Below, in pieces: positions 27,032-34,556 of a DNA stretch of 64,000 nucleotides. The notes below the pieces were generated by a model. That model was not told the DNA's origin. It worked only from the letters and a program-made list of their open reading frames with translations, and did not search any database. Made by a program: the position numbers and the translations under genes. Every line of letters starts with the position of its first letter. Position 1 is the first letter of the stretch. The stretch comes from Parasporobacterium sp. Lineage in GTDB: Bacteria; Bacillota; Clostridia; Lachnospirales; Lachnospiraceae. Location of the stretch: positions 4,671-68,670 of the forward strand of contig JAFWOB010000184.1 of NCBI GenBank assembly GCA_017510065.1. Direction: 5' to 3'.

Positions 27032-27829
27032 TTACTTTAAATGCAGCCGGATAAGACTCCTGACACAGTCCGGCTCCAGCGGATACCCTTCCGCTTCAAA
27101 CGTCTGCAGCAGGTTGACTCCCGGAACGATCCCGGCGCTTCTCATCTGATCCAGCTTCCACAGATAATGTCTGTAATAATCCTCCTTAAGCATCCGTCCG
27201 TTATGTTCCAGATACCATTCTCTATAGTCTCTGAGCGAAAACAGATGGAAATCCGGATAGATGATCTCCCCTCCCGGCAGATAAACAGGGTCTTCATAGC
27301 GAAATGGTATTTCCTCGGAAAGCAGCATATTTGCGATCATCTGCTCGGACTTTGACCTGACATAAAATCCCCCGTCTGTGATAAAGATCAAGTGCTCCGG
27401 ATGAGACAGATTTTTCGGATATTCCGCATTTGCCCATTGATAGTACCGATTCCTTTTGTCAACCAATACCTCAGGCAGAAGCTGCCGTAATCCGGGGTGC
27501 CGTTCCAGGTACGCCGCAACCTCCGAGCTGTCCCTGTGCCATCTCAGATATTCTTCGGCAGCTTTTAGTTCCCTTCTCAGATCCTTCAGCATTTTCTTAT
27601 AATAATCCCTTTTCGCCAGCTGCATAAGAAGCGGGCTCTGTCTGTTCAGATAGTATTCCTCTTTCTCTCCCAAACTGTTTCCGGTTCTTTTCATGCTATA
27701 GCGATAGACATCGCTCTGCCGCCTACAGATCAGCCTGTCCTGTGGTGCTTCATCGACAAACCGGACAATCCGGTCGATCTTATCTTGTATTTCAGCTTTT
27801 TGTTTCATCATATAGTCAGTTGTGATCAT
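27032..27829 (-). CDS. hypothetical protein: N-terminal coiled-coil plus a C-terminal PD-(D/E)xK / TnsA-N-like nuclease-fold domain
   Basis: 265 aa. SD AAGGAGA. The C-terminal pattern VRSKSEQMIANML..IPFRYEDP..IYPDFHLF..WYLEHNG resembles S-x-x-E ... PDF ... E-x-(K) nuclease cores. The family was not identified. Confidence 0.6.
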   Translation of the reverse strand: MITTDYMMKQKAEIQDKIDRIVRFVDEAPQDRLICRRQSDVYRYSMKRTGNSLGEKEEYYLNRQSPLLMQLAKRDYYKKMLKDLRRELKAAEEYLRWHRDSSEVAAYLERHPGLRQLLPEVLVDKRNRYYQWANAEYPKNLSHPEHLIFITDGGFYVRSKSEQMIANMLLSEEIPFRYEDPVYLPGGEIIYPDFHLFSLRDYREWYLEHNGRMLKEDYYRHYLWKLDQMRSAGIVPGVNLLQTFEAEGYPLEPDCVRSLIRLHLK

Positions 27830-27894
27830 GTTTTTCTCCTTTTTTGAAAAGATTATGTCGTCTTTCTTTCGCGATTTGTCTCTACGTGAAAAAT

Positions 27895-28089
27895 AAGAAT
27901 AGTCATTTTGAAAAAACTATTCGCAAATTGAATGTTGAAGCAAAAAAAGAATACTTTTAAGTTCCTATTTATCCGTTTTTCCTGCAAATATCAAAAACAA
28001 GAATAGTGCACTATTCTTATTTGCCCGGAATCAATGAATCGCGAAACAAAACTATTCTTAAAACAGCGGATAAATAAAAAAACGGATAG
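27895..28089. repeat. phased array of AAGAATAGT/ACTATTCTT palindromic sites in the AT-rich region upstream of 27829
   Basis: AAGAATAGT at 27895, AAGAATACT at 27947, the perfect 20-bp palindrome AAGAATAGTGCACTATTCTT at 27999-28018, and ACTATTCTT at 28051. Starts are spaced exactly 52 bp. Flanking inverted pair TATTTATCCG (27966-75) / CGGATAAATA (28067-76). Confidence 0.7.
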
Positions 28090-28137
28090 TTGATAAAGAT
28101 CCGAAGATAGTTCGATTGATGTGATGACATTATAATA

Positions 28138-28171
28138 GCAGTTTGTGCCGAAAAACACAAACTGCTTTTTT
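28138..28171. terminator. hairpin terminator downstream of the gamma-CA gene
   Basis: GCAGTTTGTG-ccgaaaaa-CACAAACTGC. The T6 run is on the + side and a U/A-rich tract is on the minus side. Confidence 0.5.
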
Positions 28172-28192
28172 ACCTCAGGCTATAAATCTGTT

Positions 28193-28711
28193 TCAGTTCT
28201 CCTCCTCACTGCCGCTGTAGATCCTGCCAAGAAAAATGTATTCTCCGGCAGCATGTTCCATAATCTTCAGATGCTCCTGCGTTACCGGGAGCACGGATCT
28301 GGCAGGACTTCCCAGGATCAGGGAATGGGAAGCAAAGGTCTTCCCTTCCGTAAGCAGAGCGCCGGCTCCTACCAGGCAGTGATCGCCGATTACGGCATTG
28401 CTCATAATGATCGATCCCATCCCGATCATGCTGCCGTCACCAATGCTGCAGCCGTGGATGATCGCGCCGTGCCCGACTGTAACATTTTCCCCGACCTCGG
28501 TCCGACCGCCTCCATCGCAGTGGATCACACAGTTGTCCTGGATATTGCTGTTCTTTCCTATATGAATCCTGCCGGTATCTCCTCGAAGGACCGCGCCGTA
28601 CCATACGGAAGATCCTTCCTCCAGAACCACATCGCCGACGATCACTGCGTTCGGCGCGATAAAAGCAGCCCTGGCCGTATCCGGCACCTTGTCATTAAAT
28701 GCTTGGATCAT
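28193..28711 (-). CDS. gamma-class carbonic anhydrase-like / hexapeptide-repeat protein
   Basis: 172 aa. Contains IAPNAVIVGDVVLEEGSSVWYGAVLRGD...IGKNSNIQDNCVIH (left-handed beta-helix repeats). Confidence 0.85.
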   Translation of the reverse strand: MIQAFNDKVPDTARAAFIAPNAVIVGDVVLEEGSSVWYGAVLRGDTGRIHIGKNSNIQDNCVIHCDGGGRTEVGENVTVGHGAIIHGCSIGDGSMIGMGSIIMSNAVIGDHCLVGAGALLTEGKTFASHSLILGSPARSVLPVTQEHLKIMEHAAGEYIFLGRIYSGSEEEN

Positions 28712-28777
28712 ATCCTGTTTCCTTTCCGGTTTCTAAGCCGCTGCAAAAACCAGCAGCCATTCTCACCAAGCGCCTTC

Positions 28778-29797
28778 TCAGTGATTCTCATCTGTAAAAG
28801 CCCGTTCCATCAGGGTGTTCAGCATCTCCTTCGGCTGCATTTCATCAAATACCACTGCATGCACGGCCTCAGTGATGGGCATTTCCACATGATATTCTGA
28901 AGCCAGTTTCATCGCAGCCGGAAGCGCATTGATTCCTTCCACTACCATCCCGACTTCCTTGATCGCCTGTTTCGCGGAAAGACCCTGCCCGATCAGGAAT
29001 CCAGCCCGGTTGTTTCGGCTGTGGACACTGGTAGCCGTCACGATCAGGTCGCCGATCCCGGCCAGCCCTGCAAATGTCTGCTCCCTGCAGCCCATGGCTC
29101 GTCCGAGCCTGGTAATCTCCGCCATCCCCCTGGTGATGATCGCTGCCCGCAGATTGTCTCCGTAGCCCATTCCGGAAGCAATACCGGAAGCTAAAGCCAT
29201 AATATTTTTCATGGCGCCGCAGATCTCAACGCCCTTAACGTCTTCATTTGTATAAACCCGCATGACCTGGTTGGAAAAAACATTCTGCACCAGCCGCGCT
29301 GCTTCTTTGTCTTCGCCCGCGGCAACGATGGTCGTCGGCATATCCACAGCAACTTCTTCCGCATGGGTAGGGCCTGAAAGAGCTACCAGGCGCACATGGA
29401 TATCCGGTCTCATTTTCCGGAATACGTCGCCGATGATCTCTGTCATGGTCATCAACGTATCCGTCTCAATTCCCTTTGCCACGTCTACGATCAACTGTCC
29501 GTCCGGAACAAACGGCGCGGCTTTTCGTGCTGTGTCCCTGACATAGACGGAAGGAACCGCAAACACCAGGATATCCCTGCCTTTGCAGACTTCTTCCATT
29601 TCTTTTGTAAATACGATCTCATCCGGGATCACTGCACCCGGGAGATTGGGATGGATCCTGGTTCCGGAAAGTTTATCGATTTCCTCAGGAATCGCCGACC
29701 AGCAGGTCACCTGGTTTCCTGTTTTGCTAAGCATGCATGCAAGGGCCGTTCCCCAGGTTCCGGTACCAATGATTCCTATATTGTATTGTTCATTCAT
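28778..29797 (-). CDS. gpsA: NAD(P)H-dependent glycerol-3-phosphate dehydrogenase
   Basis: 339 aa. Contains IGTGTWGTALA and GAMKNIMALASG. Confidence 0.9.
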   Translation of the reverse strand: MNEQYNIGIIGTGTWGTALACMLSKTGNQVTCWSAIPEEIDKLSGTRIHPNLPGAVIPDEIVFTKEMEEVCKGRDILVFAVPSVYVRDTARKAAPFVPDGQLIVDVAKGIETDTLMTMTEIIGDVFRKMRPDIHVRLVALSGPTHAEEVAVDMPTTIVAAGEDKEAARLVQNVFSNQVMRVYTNEDVKGVEICGAMKNIMALASGIASGMGYGDNLRAAIITRGMAEITRLGRAMGCREQTFAGLAGIGDLIVTATSVHSRNNRAGFLIGQGLSAKQAIKEVGMVVEGINALPAAMKLASEYHVEMPITEAVHAVVFDEMQPKEMLNTLMERAFTDENH

Positions 29798-30021
29798 TTG
29801 TCTGCTCCTTTTTTACTGCATATTCTGCTGTCCGAAGACAGCAGCAAGGATATCCAAAGTATACTTTAGGGCGCTTTTTTTCACAACCGCAAATCCTCGG
29901 AAATGGTTTTTCTCCCGCCTTTCTTATATTATAATGTGATTGATATGTCTTTCCACTTCAGATGGAAAGGGATCTATGAAGACAATGAACTGACAGTACT
30001 TTATCAGACAGGAGAATGATC

Positions 30022-31788
30022 ATGAAACGATTAGCGAAAAAACTGCTGCCTCTTCCCGCCTTCCTTTTGATCCTGTGCCTTCTGGCAGGAACTGCCTCCG
30101 CTCTTGACAGGCCGGGCCTTTTTAACCGGAAGAGCGAACAGGAAACCACCTCGGCTGAGGATCGGATTCCGGGCCAGCTGTATGCGGATGATATCGAGGA
30201 AATGAACAACGGCAATGTGACCATGCTCTTTTCCGAAGACGGATATCTGACCTTCCTGCAGGGAAAATACTATGAGGAAAAGGTAGAAAACGAAGAAGAC
30301 GGCATCCTATCCCTGTATGGGATCCAGGCACTCCTGGGCCTTTCAAAAGGCTCGGAATTCTTTTGTGTATACGGAGAGAAGGATCCCTATGGCTATACCT
30401 ATTATACTTATCAGCAGCGCTACGGCGATCTGACACTGCAGAATGCGGTCCTTAAGATTATCGTAGATCCGGAGGGATATACCGCCGGACTGGTCTGCTC
30501 TTTTACACCCAATGTCGGGATCGCTCCCGAAGATGAAACTTCCATCACCGCGGAAGAAGCAATCCAGATCGTTAAGGAGACCTTCCCGAACGATGATCTG
30601 CATTTTTATCCGGAAGCTTCCCGCCAGACTTCTGTTACCGTCGATGACATAGCCTACCATGCCTGGGCAGTGTTTTCCAACTTCCCAAATGCCGATGAGT
30701 TCGGCGGTGAACGCCGGTATCTGGAGCATCTGGTCGCCTATAACGGCATTTACCTGTCCTATATGGCAGTGCCTACCACTATGGAACTGGTTCCCGGCGA
30801 TGAAATGCAGACCGTCATCGCCCTGACCTGGTTTGACGGAAAAGAAGCCGACACTTACACCGGCACGGTAACGCTTCATGACGGAACGGAAAAAGAGATC
30901 ACCGTTCCTGTCGTAAAAGATCCTGAAACCGGCATCTACTATCTGGCTGACCTTGAGCGGCATATCCTTCTGTCCGATTATTATACGTATCTGACCAATT
31001 ATGAATACGTACCGTTTACATCCGAGGACAATACCGGCTGGCCGGAACATTATCTGATCACCTACGCCAACTATATCAAGGTGTATGATTTCTATGATCG
31101 CTTCGGCATGCATTCCGTAGACGGATTCGGCATGCCGATCCTGATCCTGTACGATTACTGTGAACTGCAGCAGCCGTATTATCCGGTCGACAACGCCGCC
31201 TTCTGCGGCTTTATGAACGGCTGGGCACTGTTTGGGGCCAGCGCCGTCAATGACTATGGAGAATGTGTAGATGTCCTTGGGCACGAATTCACCCATGCCA
31301 TTACCAATTACATCCGGCAGGGCGATCTGTACGAAAATGAATCCGGCGCCTTAAATGAAGCAACCAGCGACATCATGGGAAATATCTGCGAAATGTATCT
31401 GGGAGAGACGCAGGATACACAGTGGCTGATCGCAGAACACACAGGAGATCCGCTCCGGAGCATGAGTTTTCCATGGCTTCATAAGCAGCCGGTAAAGATC
31501 GGCGGGGAATTTTATATCGAAACCAGTTCGATCCCCTTGATGTACAACGATTTCGGCGGCATCCACACCAACTCTTCCCTGGTGAACTATGTTGCCTGGC
31601 AGCTGTGGGCTCATGGACTCTCCCTGGAAGATTCCTATTATCTGTGGCGGGAAGCCATGAATTTCCTGACTCCTCTTTCCGGTTTCCGGGAAATCCATTA
31701 TGCGCTGTCATTTGCTGCCGAAATCCTCGAAATGGATGTCACATGGATCGGGCTGATCCATATGCTGTGTGCGGGTGCAGGGTACTGA
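30022..31788 (+). CDS. secreted M4 (thermolysin-like) zinc metallopeptidase
   Basis: Signal peptide MKRLAKKLLPLPAFLLILCLLAGTASA. Zinc motif HEFTH (about 31282-96) plus downstream GALNEATSD (third ligand Glu). Start at ATG 30022, 7 nt after GGAG. Confidence 0.8.
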   Translation: MKRLAKKLLPLPAFLLILCLLAGTASALDRPGLFNRKSEQETTSAEDRIPGQLYADDIEEMNNGNVTMLFSEDGYLTFLQGKYYEEKVENEEDGILSLYGIQALLGLSKGSEFFCVYGEKDPYGYTYYTYQQRYGDLTLQNAVLKIIVDPEGYTAGLVCSFTPNVGIAPEDETSITAEEAIQIVKETFPNDDLHFYPEASRQTSVTVDDIAYHAWAVFSNFPNADEFGGERRYLEHLVAYNGIYLSYMAVPTTMELVPGDEMQTVIALTWFDGKEADTYTGTVTLHDGTEKEITVPVVKDPETGIYYLADLERHILLSDYYTYLTNYEYVPFTSEDNTGWPEHYLITYANYIKVYDFYDRFGMHSVDGFGMPILILYDYCELQQPYYPVDNAAFCGFMNGWALFGASAVNDYGECVDVLGHEFTHAITNYIRQGDLYENESGALNEATSDIMGNICEMYLGETQDTQWLIAEHTGDPLRSMSFPWLHKQPVKIGGEFYIETSSIPLMYNDFGGIHTNSSLVNYVAWQLWAHGLSLEDSYYLWREAMNFLTPLSGFREIHYALSFAAEILEMDVTWIGLIHMLCAGAGY

Positions 31789-31817
31789 TCCTCTGCTGCA
31801 GAAAAGAAAGGAGTTTC

Positions 31818-33161
31818 ATGATGTTCAGAAAAACTGCTGCCATACTCCTGGCCGTACTGTTTACGGTCTGCATCTTTCAAAACGCCTTGGCATTTGAGAT
31901 CTATACCGAGCCGGACGATCCGGATTTGATGTCCTCCATACTTTCTGCCATGACGGAAGAAGATCCCACATCCGCCCTGCTTCCCAATGCCGTGGAAGCT
32001 GCCGCTTCGCTCCGTCCCCTCCTTCGTCTAGGCGGCGGTGCATCGAGCCTTCTTCCTGATCTATCCGGCGAAAAAACCCCGGACAGCCTGATCCCGGCAC
32101 GGACAAAAAACGACCACAAGGAATATACCATTACCCGGGTCTGGGATTACGATACCGGACGCACCCTAGGCAGGTGCTATGCTCCGTCGGACCATCTGGT
32201 CAGCACCCGGTTTATGACCGATCTCACCGGAGAAGGAGAATGCTCCATTGCCTGCCCGTTCCAGCTCATCATGCAGGCAGTCAATCCCTCCGGAACCCGG
32301 TCCATGGTCTACCGGTCGGCCATGAGATATCTGTACCCGCCTGATCCGGACCACTATTTTGTGGAAGGACAGCGCTACGGACTTAATATGAATACATTTA
32401 TCGGATACCCCATGGAAATGATGATGTATCCCCGCACGGCGAATGAATACGCGGATCTGCTGGCCGTTTCCTATGCGTGCGGCGAGGACATTTACCGGAT
32501 GGACATGAACTATGTGACAGACAGCGAGGATCTCTTCCTGGCACAGAAGTCCCAGGAGCAGAAAGACTATATGAACCTTCTGAACCCCATGGGGTACTTG
32601 TTCCAGGTAACCTGCGACGGCGTCCTGACCACTTATGCGGAAGGGTCCTACTATCTGGACGCCAAAAGCGGTCCTCTGGTGATGAAGATCGTTGTCTGTA
32701 CCAGCATTATCCATATGGTCGAAACGGATCTATATACCAACGCTGTTATGGATTTTGCGGAAACCGTCGTTCCCTATGTTTACAGCTGTATTGCTGCAGA
32801 AGCAGAATCCAAAGAAGCATTTGCCGATTTTGATCTGTTCGTGGCCAATTCCCGGGCAACAGATGAATTTGCTCTGGTAACGATGAAAGAATCCCAGCTC
32901 CTGAACGAGATCATTTCCGGCGGACCGGTTACCTATGATGAAGAGGAGATCATGGAAAGCCTGGGATACGAGGACGGGAGTTTCTACGAGGATCAGTTCA
33001 GCGACTATATCCTGGATCAGAATGACTTCACCACCTCAGACGGACGCTCCTTCAAGGTTCCCACTTCTTTTGACTATGTCTACGAGAAGGATGACGGAAC
33101 GATCTATGTGACCAACGGCACGGAACAGCCGCCCGGAAGCACACGGCTGTACGCCAATTAA
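31818..33161 (+). CDS. secreted hypothetical protein (447 aa)
   Basis: The track ORF 31605.. overlaps the peptidase. ATG 31818 follows AAAGGAG and gives the signal peptide MMFRKTAAILLAVLFTVCIFQNALA. No recognisable domain. Confidence 0.7.
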   Translation: MMFRKTAAILLAVLFTVCIFQNALAFEIYTEPDDPDLMSSILSAMTEEDPTSALLPNAVEAAASLRPLLRLGGGASSLLPDLSGEKTPDSLIPARTKNDHKEYTITRVWDYDTGRTLGRCYAPSDHLVSTRFMTDLTGEGECSIACPFQLIMQAVNPSGTRSMVYRSAMRYLYPPDPDHYFVEGQRYGLNMNTFIGYPMEMMMYPRTANEYADLLAVSYACGEDIYRMDMNYVTDSEDLFLAQKSQEQKDYMNLLNPMGYLFQVTCDGVLTTYAEGSYYLDAKSGPLVMKIVVCTSIIHMVETDLYTNAVMDFAETVVPYVYSCIAAEAESKEAFADFDLFVANSRATDEFALVTMKESQLLNEIISGGPVTYDEEEIMESLGYEDGSFYEDQFSDYILDQNDFTTSDGRSFKVPTSFDYVYEKDDGTIYVTNGTEQPPGSTRLYAN

Positions 33162-33174
33162 GCAAAACTCCGGT

Positions 33175-33222
33175 TTTTTAAAAAGGGGCAGCTGCATACA
33201 GATGCAGCCGCCCCTTTCCTAT
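33175..33222. terminator. bidirectional terminator between convergent genes
   Basis: AAGGGGCAGCTGCAT-acag-ATGCAGCCGCCCCTT, flanked by TTTTTTAAAAA and TTTCC. Confidence 0.75.
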
Positions 33223-33246
33223 ATTACATTTGAGTTTTCTTTAAAG

Positions 33247-34278
33247 TTATTCCGCCTTCCGGATGGAAACTCCCATGATCTCTGCAAGGCTTCCGAAATC
33301 GCCATCGTCGATCGGAGAAAACGTAAACTCCAGGAGGCCTTTGCCTTCTACCACTGTCGACAGGCACATAGCATCATTGGCCGGTATAAAATACAGGATA
33401 AACGGATTGTCGTTGATCGTGAAGTGATCGATGTCCTCCACTTCTTCCAGTGTTCCCAGCAGTTCTTCGTACTGTTCCAGCGTAATGTCCGCCGACACAA
33501 ACTGTACGGATGCATACGCATCCCCCGCTTCGGTGGTATAGAATCCGATGAAGGTATCCGCTCCCGGCTGTCCCGGAGGAAGCTGACCCGGGGAAAGGAT
33601 GTCCGGGATCCACATTTCATATCCAACCTCTTCGAATGTTACAAACTCGCCCTTCAGGCCTTCCTCCTCAATCTCTTTCGCTACATTTTCCCAGTACAGT
33701 ACATAGGGATCCCACTCTTCAATATCACCGCCGCGGAAATCGATCTCATTGCCATCTGCATCCAGGAAGATGCAGGCTGCCGCCACTTCTTCCAGCAGGT
33801 CACCCACCGTTCTTCCCAGCTCTTCCACCTCTTTGGAGGCAAACATATAGGTTCTGCCCTCTACGTTTGTGACCAGCCGGCGGTCCCGTGCTGTATATTC
33901 CTGGATCGAATACTCATAATCGATCTCATAGAACGTAAGCCCGGGATCCCCAACGGGCACGATCTGAGCTTCTTTTGTGATTGTGAGATCCGGGTACTGT
34001 TTTTTCATAAATTCCGTAAAATACCCATCAATAAAATCCAGTGCATCCTCATAGCCTTCATAGGCCCTGAGCATGACATACGGGATCGAATTGTATTCCT
34101 GTGTATAGATATAATAGTTTCCGTCACTGCTAAGCGTTGCCATGGTATTGTCCGGGACTTCGACCTTTATATTCCAGTCTGCCAGTGTATCGTACTCCGG
34201 CTCGTCCGCAAAACTCATCCCTGCTGCTGCCAACAGGAATATAAATGCCATGCAAAGCGCAAGTATCTTTTTTTTCAT
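33247..34278 (-). CDS. secreted acidic hypothetical protein (343 aa)
   Basis: Signal peptide MKKKILALCMAFIFLLAAAGMSFA. SD AAAGGAGAA. No recognisable domain. Confidence 0.7.
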   Translation of the reverse strand: MKKKILALCMAFIFLLAAAGMSFADEPEYDTLADWNIKVEVPDNTMATLSSDGNYYIYTQEYNSIPYVMLRAYEGYEDALDFIDGYFTEFMKKQYPDLTITKEAQIVPVGDPGLTFYEIDYEYSIQEYTARDRRLVTNVEGRTYMFASKEVEELGRTVGDLLEEVAAACIFLDADGNEIDFRGGDIEEWDPYVLYWENVAKEIEEEGLKGEFVTFEEVGYEMWIPDILSPGQLPPGQPGADTFIGFYTTEAGDAYASVQFVSADITLEQYEELLGTLEEVEDIDHFTINDNPFILYFIPANDAMCLSTVVEGKGLLEFTFSPIDDGDFGSLAEIMGVSIRKAE

Positions 34279-34556
34279 CCTGTTCTCCTTTCTTCTGCAT
34301 ATGATCCACTACTGTCTTACTCATGATAAGTATATCATTGTCTGTCTGCTTTTTACAGGGCAAGAGGAAATCATTTGAAAACTCTATTGGAAAATGTAAA
34401 AAACACCCTTCCCGGCTTGTGGATTCTGCTATTTTCGAGCTGCAATATTAATTTACTGGTACCTTTCTGTCATTCCTCTTTTCCGTTTGTTACAATCATG
34501 CTGTTAAAAAGCGGCGAAACGGTTCCGCCGCACACATTATCAGGAGGGAAACAGTT

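Noticed and set aside
27830-28171. Plus-strand small RNA or peptide ending at the T6-flanked hairpin 28138-28171
   Set aside because: No convincing plus-strand promoter is present: the only TATAAT (28131) abuts the hairpin and lacks a -35 element. The small ORFs (12-24 codons) have no SD. The hairpin is better explained as the terminator of the convergent gamma-CA gene, and the region as upstream control DNA of 27829.
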